Shown here piece after piece: positions 9,799 to 19,307 of a DNA stretch of 34,977 nucleotides. Positions within the stretch are counted from its first letter, which is position 1. Every line of letters begins with the position of its first letter. Under the pieces are notes generated by a model. The model ran no database searches. It was not told the DNA's origin and saw only the letters and a program-made list of their open reading frames with translations. Source of the DNA: Trichomonas gallinae. Taxonomy: Eukaryota. Location: NCBI GenBank assembly GCA_008369845.1, contig MRSU01003482.1, positions 1 to 34,977 of the forward strand. The letters are read 5' to 3'. Both the position numbers and the translations under genes were made by a program.

Positions 9799-10680
9799 TC
9801 AAACAAAATCTATATCATCTGGTGAAAGAGTGAAATCATCATTATTATTTATTGGAAGATTTCCAATTGAAGAATCAGGCCAATTTTCACAAACACATGT
9901 TTCAGTGCATGGTATCCACGGTTCAGATGAGAGTGCTATTGGAAAAACATCTTCAAACGCATCATACCAAGCTTTGGAATTTCCAACATTTTGTTGTGAC
10001 AATTCTAAAAGCTTATATGTGACGGCAAACTGTAGAAATTGAAGTTGTGATGAAATCTCTCTAACGAAATCTAAGGCATATCTTTTATATTCAACCACTC
10101 TATTATTTAGGAGAAATTTAACAAATTCGGGAATATAGAATTGAACAAAAATGTTGTTTGGAATGCCGCCAAAATCATAATGGCCTGATCCGAAATATTT
10201 TTGAATTTCATCTTTTGCATCTGATGAATATCTACGAATGACACTAAGCTGCTCTTCCCAATAATGTGTTCTCAGCCATTGAAGAGCAGCTATTGCACCT
10301 TGCGCAGCAAATTCGAATGTAGGAAGTTTTCCATGCGTAGCCATGTGTCGTATTGAGATTATATATTCGGGTATTTGACATTCCTCGCCAATAGATTGAA
10401 TTGATGCGCTTAAATTAGTATTTTTGTATGGCTCAATAACTCCGTTAATGAATCTGATAACAGCAAGAGATAAAGCGTTGACATTTCGTTTGCTGTGTAA
10501 CTCTTTTTGGAGAGAAGCTGTTACTTCTATCGAAATCGGAATTAAATGTTTGGCTGACCAAGCAGAAACAATGTAACAGCCTCGAAGAATTTCATTTTCA
10601 TTGTCACTGAATAGAAGGTTGTATACTTTTTCCCATTCTTCCCAATTTTTCCATGGGACTGGTTTAGTTGGGGAGAACAT
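9799..10680 (-). CDS. LAS1: Las1-family HEPN endoribonuclease (pre-rRNA ITS2 processing)
   Basis: VPWKNWEEWEKVY, AVIRFINGVIEP and IPEYIISIRHMATHGKLPT, with an intact RHxxxH HEPN motif. ATG is at 10680. Confidence 0.88.
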   Translation of the reverse strand: MFSPTKPVPWKNWEEWEKVYNLLFSDNENEILRGCYIVSAWSAKHLIPISIEVTASLQKELHSKRNVNALSLAVIRFINGVIEPYKNTNLSASIQSIGEECQIPEYIISIRHMATHGKLPTFEFAAQGAIAALQWLRTHYWEEQLSVIRRYSSDAKDEIQKYFGSGHYDFGGIPNNIFVQFYIPEFVKFLLNNRVVEYKRYALDFVREISSQLQFLQFAVTYKLLELSQQNVGNSKAWYDAFEDVFPIALSSEPWIPCTETCVCENWPDSSIGNLPINNNDDFTLSPDDIDFV

Positions 10681-11114
10681 CAATAAAAATGGATATACTA
10701 TGAGGCTTATATATAATATACTTATCCAATTATCATAATATTAATTCAGATATACGAGAAATCGTAAGAATTTATTTTGATGATATTTTATATTTTGTTA
10801 CTGATGTTTTAAATTATAAATTTTATAAGCTTACCTCATATTGAGTGTCATTCGGTGATACGTTAGTCAATGAAACAAATGAATTCTCAATCAGAGAAAT
10901 ATCACAATACTATCCCCTAATTTCATTTAGCAAAAGAATATTATTGATGCAGTGCACTCGTTGCAAATGAGAACATAATTCTATAACTTAATTTATATTG
11001 AACAAATATAATTCATTAAATGCATGCTTTCTCGTTCTTCGAATCTAGTTAAAGAACAATGTTGCACGCAAATATTTGATTTACATAATCAAACCAGACC
11101 TTGGAATTGAAATA

Positions 11115-11122
11115 AAAGTGAC
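11115..11122 (+). promoter_or_regulatory. AAAGTGAC core-promoter motif (trichomonad M2-type)
   Basis: Lies immediately 5' of the ATG at 11126. The same motif precedes the ATGs at 16264, 29801 and 29038 (minus). Confidence 0.6.
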
Positions 11123-11125
11123 AAA

Positions 11126-12814
11126 ATGAACATCAGTGATAAGTTTTACAGACAACAGTTGCCGTTGACAATGGAATCAACATATATATCGAATTGTGTA
11201 TTTACGGCAATCCGTTTATCTAATCTCATTAATGGAGGAATCATATTTACAGAATCAAATGTTTTTTTTAGAAAATTGACAATCCAGCACTGCCATTTTC
11301 AAGAGATAGTAATGACAGCCCATGCTTCATCACGAAGTTGGTCTGGTTGTGCATGCATTTATTCTCTAGGAATGAGTAATGCAATTACATCATACTTATG
11401 CTTTTCTCAGATAATTACTGATTCACATGGTATCATAAGAATTCATAATGCTGAAAACAAAAGTATGGAATCATTTTCAGGATTAAAAATACAATCCGAT
11501 GACCTTTATCTCTTTAAACGTGTAGCATCAAAGAATTCTAATTTTACATCTATAACTATTAAATACTTTCGACCGCAAGATATGTATCACCAAACAAATT
11601 ATTTTAATTTAATTTCATCCAAATTTTCAACTGGAGAATTCGATAATTGCTACTTTGACAAGTGCCTTGTTCATGATTTTAGTCCAAAATTGATTTCTAA
11701 TTCATATTTTTATGATTGTCAATTTTTAAGCATCGATCAAAAAACAGCAATCATTAACTGCTATTCAAACAATAACTATTTGAACTATTCATTCAACATC
11801 ACATCACTACGTCCTCCTCCATCTATCATCCCTGATCTTAGCAACTGCACGGATCTTATTGGCGACGTATTTGAAATCCGGAATCAAGAAATTCGAAATC
11901 AATTGAATGATTTCACTTTATATTCATTTGTTATCATTGAAGACTGTCAATTTTTGTTTTTGCCAACACAATATAATGATGGTTCTGCTATTTACTTGTA
12001 TGAAAATGAGTTAATATCAGGAAGAGTTAAAAACTGTATTTTCAAAGACTGCATAAATCTTCGTAACGGTGCCGGGGCAATTATGATGTTTTCTAACGCG
12101 GATGCATTATTCGCGATTATTAGCTGCTGCTGTCAATCATGCTATGGTGTAAATGCATTCAGTGAGCTTTCTACTTATCAAAATGATACAACATTCATTA
12201 ATGAATCATCAATTGCATTGTGCAAATACAAACCAAATATTGAAATTAATAATTTAATAGTAATCTCTTGCCCGGATTTTGTCAGCTCGCAAAATAATAT
12301 ATCGAGATCAATTACATCAAAACAAATTTATGATGCTCATGGCGCAAAATCAGGGTCAACTATAAGCTATTCGCAATTTCTGCTATTAGAAAGCAATGGT
12401 AGCTGTTTTACCATCACATCTAATTCACAAGTAATCAATTGTAATTTCATCAACAATAGTTTTCAAAATAGTTTAGCATCAGCTTATTATCCATCTTTGA
12501 TTAATGAAATAACCATAGTCTTTTCTATGTGTTCATTCTTGATAACAAATACCAACTACTCAAGCAAAATTATTAAACTCCAAGGCTGCTCGTTTGACAA
12601 AGAAATTAATTCACTGTTGTTTTCTCCATATTGTTTCTTGTCTCCTTCAAAGATTAGCTTTCGTATAGCATATTTGTGGTTTATAATTCCATTATCACTT
12701 GTTGGGGTTATCTCCATTGTTGTATTCATATTTGCAATGGTTCAGAGGAAGAATTCTAAAATTGTTTTAGATAGATTAGAACTTGAAAGAAATCTTTTAA
12801 CAGACATGGGATAA
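11126..12814 (+). CDS. Cys/Asn-rich beta-helix-like surface protein with C-terminal TM anchor
   Basis: Repeated xxCxF motifs (SNCVF, QHCHF, EDCQF, KNCIF, INCNF), GSAIY/AGAIM motifs, a TM segment (LWFIIPLSLVGVISIVVFIFAMV) and a short cytosolic tail. Confidence 0.75.
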   Translation: MNISDKFYRQQLPLTMESTYISNCVFTAIRLSNLINGGIIFTESNVFFRKLTIQHCHFQEIVMTAHASSRSWSGCACIYSLGMSNAITSYLCFSQIITDSHGIIRIHNAENKSMESFSGLKIQSDDLYLFKRVASKNSNFTSITIKYFRPQDMYHQTNYFNLISSKFSTGEFDNCYFDKCLVHDFSPKLISNSYFYDCQFLSIDQKTAIINCYSNNNYLNYSFNITSLRPPPSIIPDLSNCTDLIGDVFEIRNQEIRNQLNDFTLYSFVIIEDCQFLFLPTQYNDGSAIYLYENELISGRVKNCIFKDCINLRNGAGAIMMFSNADALFAIISCCCQSCYGVNAFSELSTYQNDTTFINESSIALCKYKPNIEINNLIVISCPDFVSSQNNISRSITSKQIYDAHGAKSGSTISYSQFLLLESNGSCFTITSNSQVINCNFINNSFQNSLASAYYPSLINEITIVFSMCSFLITNTNYSSKIIKLQGCSFDKEINSLLFSPYCFLSPSKISFRIAYLWFIIPLSLVGVISIVVFIFAMVQRKNSKIVLDRLELERNLLTDMG

Positions 12815-13310
12815 TCATCTTGTTCATTATTACATTAATGTAATTAAAATATTTTGTGCACAATTCTGAAATTGATTTTCATTTTGCATCTTAATTTTGA
12901 TGTCGAACTATTGCATATCAAGTGATCATTTTGTAGTTAGAATGTTTGATGTTTAATGGCTTTATCTTTCTCAGTTTTGTTTGTCGAAGGATACCATCGT
13001 TCAAAAAAAGAATTGACAAGATTACATACATATAAACTAATATTCCTGTCAAACAAAGGTGAAAAGTTACAACAACATGCTATATATTTCTCCACGATTT
13101 CTAGTGTCTCCAGAACTATATTTTACAAATTAAAAAAAAATATTATTGTTTGTTAGTTTGACATCCATACTAGTGTATAAACGTTTATAATCATAAGTAA
13201 GATATTTATCATAAAGATAGATTGTTTACGCTAATCTATGGGTGAAATTAAGATGTTTACATGATATGCAGGGACCACCAAAATTTAAAAGGGATTTACT
13301 TACGAAATAG

Positions 13311-14186
13311 ATGAGTGAACTCAAATTTGTCTCATGGGACAAATATTGGGATAAGAAGGAAATGGTTGATATCCCCGGAAGAGGTACATTCAATGTATAT
13401 TCAACAAACGTTGATTCTCCTTGGATTATGATTTGCATTCACGGAGCAGGTCACTCAGCTTTGTCTTTTTCACTTCTTGCTGAATCTCTCCGTGAAACAT
13501 GCTCTGTGATTGCTCCAGATCTTAAGTGCCATGGTGAAACTGGTGGAAATCCAGCTGTAGATTTATCGATTGAAAACTTAACAGATGATTGTGTAGAAAT
13601 CTGCAAGTATTTCAAGAAAGATGATAAGAAACTACTACTCATGGGGCACTCTTTAGGTGGATGCATCACTGCTAGAGCATCGAAAGTAATCAAACCGAAA
13701 GGTTTATTCGTTATTGATACAGTTGAAGGCATAGCAACAGCTTCTATGCCAAAGATGCACTACTTACTACAATCTCGCCCGGCTTCTTTCAAGTCTGAGC
13801 AAGAAGTTATTCATTACATTGGTTCTTCAGGCGAAATGAACAACTATCAGAGTGCCGCCGTCTCAGCACCAGGAAGAATTATGAAGCAAGGAGATAAATA
13901 CGTTTGGAGAACAGATATTCTTCCTTCAGAGCCATTCTGGAATAACTGGTTTAAAGGTTTTGCACAGCTGTTTATTAATGCCCCCACATACAAAGTTATA
14001 ATTTTACCAAATGTAGACAGATTGGACACACCTTTTACAATTGGACACATGAGTGGAAAATTCCAATTAGAAATTGTTCACGGCACAAACCACTGCATGC
14101 AGGAGGATCGCCCAGATGATATAGCTGCAATTGTTAAACGTCTTATCGAGAGATTAGGTGAAGTACCTATTGTTTGGAAACTGTAA
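13311..14186 (+). CDS. PPME1: Protein phosphatase methylesterase 1 (alpha/beta hydrolase)
   Basis: HGAGHSALSF, GHSLGG nucleophile, IDTVEG, LDTPFTIGHMSGKFQL and HCMQEDRP, all PME-1 signature motifs. Confidence 0.88.
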   Translation: MSELKFVSWDKYWDKKEMVDIPGRGTFNVYSTNVDSPWIMICIHGAGHSALSFSLLAESLRETCSVIAPDLKCHGETGGNPAVDLSIENLTDDCVEICKYFKKDDKKLLLMGHSLGGCITARASKVIKPKGLFVIDTVEGIATASMPKMHYLLQSRPASFKSEQEVIHYIGSSGEMNNYQSAAVSAPGRIMKQGDKYVWRTDILPSEPFWNNWFKGFAQLFINAPTYKVIILPNVDRLDTPFTIGHMSGKFQLEIVHGTNHCMQEDRPDDIAAIVKRLIERLGEVPIVWKL

Positions 14187-14215
14187 ATACATGGCACTTT
14201 TTAATCAAATTATAC

Positions 14216-14332
14216 TGTCACTTTTATAAATTTGTTAATTTTACAAAATTGTCAAAAAATTAAAATTGTCACTTTTAATTAAAATTTCAAAAAATATTGT
14301 CAGTTTTTAAAAATGTATGATTGTCACTTTTT
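14216..14332 (+). promoter_or_regulatory. Tandem Inr-like TGTCACTTTT copies upstream of the small secreted-protein gene
   Basis: tgtcactttt at ~14216, ~14267 and ~14322, with a variant tgtcagtttt at ~14298. Confidence 0.5.
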
Positions 14333-14347
14333 AATACTATAATTTTG

Positions 14348-14719
14348 ATGCTTTTGTTTTTCTTTTTTGGTTATATCTTAGGACAAGATATAAATATCAA
14401 AGAAGAAGTCAAGAAAGCAGCAGATGAAGTATATGAAGAGATTAAAGGAAAGACTCAATATGCAATGGATAAAATCGGAATTCGAGTATCTATAAATGAT
14501 AAGTTGAAATCTTTGAATTCACATCCTTTTGTTAAGAAATTTACAGATTTTCTGCTGAAATGTATGAATCTTGGAATTGGTCTGTTTGATGGACTCTATG
14601 AAATACTTCCACTCAACGAGATGACGAATCTCCTTTGGACAGGGTATAACTATTCAGCTCCAAAAAGAATCAAAAACCAACAAGAAATAGAAGACTATCT
14701 AAAATCTCGCAAACAGTAA
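14348..14719 (+). CDS. Small hypothetical protein with signal peptide
   Basis: ATG at 14348 (MLLFFFFGYILGQD..., a short hydrophobic leader) follows an Inr TCACTT; 123 aa. Confidence 0.65.
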   Translation: MLLFFFFGYILGQDINIKEEVKKAADEVYEEIKGKTQYAMDKIGIRVSINDKLKSLNSHPFVKKFTDFLLKCMNLGIGLFDGLYEILPLNEMTNLLWTGYNYSAPKRIKNQQEIEDYLKSRKQ

Positions 14720-14958
14720 CTGTTTACTCATGTATGTATTCTCCATTGTTTAATGTATATAAAGATATGTATGATTATTATGTTATTTCATCTATTTGTT
14801 TAAAATATTACAAAATCAAAATTTTGAAAAGCAATTTTTTGGTAATTGATGGCCAATTTTGCAATATATATTGAAATAAAAGTCGAATTTAATTAAAGAA
14901 TCAAAAAATTAAAATTCGTTGTTTAATATTAAAAGATTTTCAAAATTAATAAATAAAT

Positions 14959-15414
14959 TTATGATGTAAGCATGAGGTGGACGAATTCACCGTAATCAAT
15001 GATACCATCCTTGTTTGTGTCAGCTTGAGCAAGCATTTCATCGACTTCTTCCTGAGTTAATGGCTCGCCGAGGTTCTTCATGATATGAGCAAGCTCGGCA
15101 GCTGTGATCTTGCCATCACCATCCTTATCGAAGACACGGAAAGCATCCTTGATTTCTTCTTCTGTATCACCTTCTTTCATTTGGCGGTTCATCATGTAAA
15201 GGAATTCATCGAACTCAATTGTGCCGTTACCATCAAGGTCGATTTCGTTGATCATATCCTGAAGCTCGGCTTCAGATGGGTTTTGACCAAGAGAACGCAT
15301 AACTGTGCCGAGCTCTTTGGCTGTAATACGGCCATCACCATCCTTATCGAAGATGTTGAATGCCTCGCGGAATTCAGCAATCTGTTCTGGGGTAAGGTTA
15401 AGATCTTCTGCCAT
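14959..15414 (-). CDS. CaM: Calmodulin
   Basis: 151 aa with four EF-hands ([48 protein letters not shown]) and [23 protein letters not shown]. An Inr TCACTT lies just upstream of the ATG at 15414. Confidence 0.95.
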   Translation of the reverse strand: MAEDLNLTPEQIAEFREAFNIFDKDGDGRITAKELGTVMRSLGQNPSEAELQDMINEIDLDGNGTIEFDEFLYMMNRQMKEGDTEEEIKDAFRVFDKDGDGKITAAELAHIMKNLGEPLTQEEVDEMLAQADTNKDGIIDYGEFVHLMLTS

Positions 15415-15942
15415 TGGAAAAGTGATTATAAATTCATAACGTTTGAAAAGTGACAAAATTATCGCTTATCAGAAATTTTATCATTTTTGTAATCTCTACT
15501 TTCTAAGATATCGAAATTTCGCAAAATTTTTACAATTTTTCATTGAAAATTTTTATCGAAATTTATTTTTTAGCATTTAAACCTTATCTTATATATCAAA
15601 TTAATATACGTGGCTATTATATTTCATATTTATAACACTAAGAAGCAATTTTGATGAATATGATAAATTTAATATTTAATCATAATATATTGATTTTTTA
15701 TGATTCATATTGAAATAGAATCTATTTTATATAATAGAAAGTATAAATTCAATGTATATAAGCAGTAGATGAAAACATTTTCTTCAATTTGATCTGATTT
15801 TGATATCATCATGTGCTATATGACGTATTATTTATTATATGGGTAAATATCTCATATTTAATATCAAAACTAACATTTTTTGCATCTAAATTCAACTAGT
15901 AACAAATATTTCTTATTTTGTTTATTTAAAAAAATGTTTTTT

Positions 15943-16133
15943 AGAAAGTAACATCACTATAACTCAAATATATATAACTAGTATATATTATATATAGAAT
16001 ATTAGATCTCAAATCGTGATTTGCATATTTTATGAAATCAAAATTTTAGTGTAAGAAAGTAACATTGTTATAGTTCATATGTGTATAATGAGTGAATGTT
16101 ATATATAGAATGTCATATCTCAAATAGAGATTT
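15943..16133. repeat. Degenerate 80-bp direct repeat, period 111 bp
   Basis: 15943-16022 and 16054-16133 align without gaps, 62/80 identical by manual count. Confidence 0.8.
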
Positions 16134-16263
16134 CAAAAAATCAAATGTGAAAATTGGCTCTTGATATTTTGGATTTGGGCATATTTCCTGGTGTTTATGG
16201 CCGAATTAATGCTAAAATTCGAAGATTTTCGTGGTTTCGGAAAAAGAAAAGTGACAGCAAGAA

Positions 16264-18690
16264 ATGAGTTCAATGATGAACTCTGGTGTCGTGACTATTA
16301 AAGTCGAAAAAGCGACACGCATGAATGCTAGTATTGGTGATGGCACAATTAAATTTGAGAAATCGTACGAAATTCCAGCACATAAGCCAACACAGAAATT
16401 CTTCATGCCATTCTCGACAAAGGCTCCATTCATGTGGAATCCAGAAATGGACTTCAAAAGTAATCTCGTTTACGACCTCCCTACTTGGCCAAGGGTCGAA
16501 TCAATTCACGTTCAACTTGATTCGAGTGTCACTGAGTTCAAAATCGAGAAAAGAATCCCAGAAATGCCAATTGTACGCGACAAAGAGGAGGAAGTTGCTT
16601 TCCAATCAAACTTCCCGAAGCCTCCGCTTTCATATGTTTTACCAGAAGGCCAAGAAATCGAATTAATTGACGAAATGCCAAACACAGCGAATGCATCTGG
16701 CCCGCTGCCAACAAAGGCCGTACACAAGATGACCAAAGACGGCCAGGACATCATGGCATCACTTCCACCGATGCCTTCGAACACTGTCGTGTCTACGAAA
16801 GATTATATCGACACACGTCTACTTGTCCCATTCCCTGGTAACCTTCCTATCTTCCTTGACCGCCAATATCCACCCACACCAGATATGGTTGTCGAAGATG
16901 AGACAGAGAAGGTTGAGGAAACAAAAGAAAAGATTACTATCGGTCCAAAGAGAGTTTACACACCAGAAGAAGTCTACAAATGCAAGCCAACAAATCTCGA
17001 TCACCTTGAGAGACTCAAAACGCCCGGTTTCATCATGCTCATGAACCTCTCAAGCATGACAGCCACCCAGCAGCTGCCAACAAGAAGAACAGGATATTTC
17101 GCAGTAAAACAAGCCGCATTAGTCGAGCATGAAGAAGATAGATACATTACTACAGGCTATCGTAAGCGTGCTGGCGATTTCTCAGATCAGTCAGTCGAAG
17201 CGATGACGAGAGAAGCAACAATAAAATTAAATACACTTAATTCAATGAATCTCGGATCAGTTCTCAACTGGGTTAAGACAAACATTGGACCACTGCTTCC
17301 AATGAATACAGTTATTTTCCTTTTACTCAATCGTGCGACAATGGAAAATAATTCACCTGAGAAAAACACGCAAATTACTATGTATGCTTTATTCGCGCAC
17401 TACTTATGTCTCAATTCCACATTCCATGATCGTCTCATTTCATTCACAAATCAGAGATACGAATCAATTATCAATAACCAGCAAACAAGAACTGCCACCA
17501 TTCAGGCTTTCATTGTTTGGATTGCTTCCATCCTCCGTGAAACGATTATTTCGCCATTCCACTTCTATCGTGCATTAGAAGGCGCAATTTTGAAACAGCC
17601 ACAGGCAAAGGCCGTCGAAATCGTAAGAACAGGCCTTTCTGCCGCAGGTGATTTCCTTATTAAGAAGAAATCCAGCGAAGCTTCTACATTCTACAGATAT
17701 CTTCAAGATCACTGCCACGTTTGCAGCGGCTACGTCCAGTTTCTCTGCAAGGAACTCCTCGAAGAGCGTGTTCGCATTGCAAACCAGCTCGCAGCTCCAG
17801 TTCCAGCCAAAGAGAAGAAACGACAAACATCACATCAGAAAAAGGTCGAAAAAGTCCCAGAATACGACATCGCTGCTCTTGAAGAAGAGATTGAGAGTCA
17901 ATACAGGCAGACAGAGCCAAATGAGCCATTTGATCCAGTTATTGATAAATCAGCTCCACTTAAAATCATCATCAGCACAATGTACAAGTTCCTCAAGAGC
18001 CATGTGATTGACATTCACGACTTTGTTCAGTACCTTGGCGTCATAATTCGCAGACTTCCATATAATGAAACAGAAATTCGCAGAGAAGTCCAGTTGCAGC
18101 ACCCACAGTACCAGAGCATTGTCACAGAGGAAGACAATGCCGGACTTTGGGGCCTCGCATTCACTTTTTACGGCGAGTTATTGAATTGCAATCTTTTCAC
18201 GTTCGTAGAAATCATTGATTTCATCAAGCACATTCCCAAGGAAGGTCCACAACCTAAGGTTGACTTCCTGCTCAGTAGATTCCTTTCACACGCTGTTGTC
18301 ATGGAAAGAGATGTTATTGAAGCAAGCACAAAGGCAGAAATGATGAAAGACGAGAGAAGTCTTGCTGCTGCTGTCACTGCTGTTGACTTTGAAGAAGGTG
18401 AAGACTCTTCTCAGCGTGCTAAAGAACTTGATAAAGATGCAAACAGAAATCTCGTCGATGTTGGCTTCTTCTGCAGGCGCCTTATCTTCGACATGTTCGG
18501 AACTGAAGATGCGCAGATGCATTACAAGGATATACTTAAGAAGACAGAGAAAACATTTATTGCCTGCGTTAAAACATATCCAGACTTCTGCCAGATGGTT
18601 CTACAGCTCTCTGCTGATCAACTCAGAGCTGAGGAAGTTATTGTCCTTGAATTCTTCGATTACGTCAAGGCATTGTTAAATAACGAATAA
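16264..18690 (+). CDS. Divergent eIF4G-like protein (MIF4G domain, possible MA3-like C-terminus)
   Basis: Pro-rich N-terminus, then REATIKLNTLNSMNL, LLNRATME..TMYALFAHYL, FIVWIASIL, VEIVRTGLSAAGDFL and YVQFLCKELLEER, following the MIF4G helix pattern (KSILNKLT / FEKAV.E...MYA.LC / IRFIGEL / IECLC.LL...G..L / RIRFML.DL.D.R). Confidence 0.65.
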   Translation: MSSMMNSGVVTIKVEKATRMNASIGDGTIKFEKSYEIPAHKPTQKFFMPFSTKAPFMWNPEMDFKSNLVYDLPTWPRVESIHVQLDSSVTEFKIEKRIPEMPIVRDKEEEVAFQSNFPKPPLSYVLPEGQEIELIDEMPNTANASGPLPTKAVHKMTKDGQDIMASLPPMPSNTVVSTKDYIDTRLLVPFPGNLPIFLDRQYPPTPDMVVEDETEKVEETKEKITIGPKRVYTPEEVYKCKPTNLDHLERLKTPGFIMLMNLSSMTATQQLPTRRTGYFAVKQAALVEHEEDRYITTGYRKRAGDFSDQSVEAMTREATIKLNTLNSMNLGSVLNWVKTNIGPLLPMNTVIFLLLNRATMENNSPEKNTQITMYALFAHYLCLNSTFHDRLISFTNQRYESIINNQQTRTATIQAFIVWIASILRETIISPFHFYRALEGAILKQPQAKAVEIVRTGLSAAGDFLIKKKSSEASTFYRYLQDHCHVCSGYVQFLCKELLEERVRIANQLAAPVPAKEKKRQTSHQKKVEKVPEYDIAALEEEIESQYRQTEPNEPFDPVIDKSAPLKIIISTMYKFLKSHVIDIHDFVQYLGVIIRRLPYNETEIRREVQLQHPQYQSIVTEEDNAGLWGLAFTFYGELLNCNLFTFVEIIDFIKHIPKEGPQPKVDFLLSRFLSHAVVMERDVIEASTKAEMMKDERSLAAAVTAVDFEEGEDSSQRAKELDKDANRNLVDVGFFCRRLIFDMFGTEDAQMHYKDILKKTEKTFIACVKTYPDFCQMVLQLSADQLRAEEVIVLEFFDYVKALLNNE

Positions 18691-19307
18691 AAATCATTAT
18701 AATATTATGAGCTTAAAATCAATAAAGCATTCAACACTATTTACATTTCAACTAAATCTTGATATATTTGAAATTAAAATAATCTTTAAATTTGGATATT
18801 TTTCGGTGTTATATACAAAAATATCTTTATTTATATGAGTTTTATAATTATATTTTTGAAGTAGTTCAAAAAATTGATGAAATTGAAATTTAAAAATAAG
18901 AATAAAACCGAGATATTAAACTAATTTTTATTGATCAAAGCTCTACAATAATTAACTAGTATAATTATAGATTTGTATTTTTATTAATTTAATTCTAAAA
19001 TGCAATAAAAAATATTTATCATAAATTATGATTTTTTTAAGTAAATAATAAAATTGATTTTTCAACTCTTAAATAAATCATGGAAAATACATATACTCAG
19101 TGTATACAACTTAAATCCAACATAAATGTCTCGTAAAATCAACAATTTCAAAAAATATTTCTTTTCATTTTCCTAAAATGCGATTTTTCTCTCCGATTTT
19201 CGACAAACGAAGCAGTTACAGTCTAGAGCAATGCAATAAACACGTTTAGAAGTTTCGGACACTTATAAGTGAACGTTTATATTTCACCTGACCACATACA
19301 AAATAAT

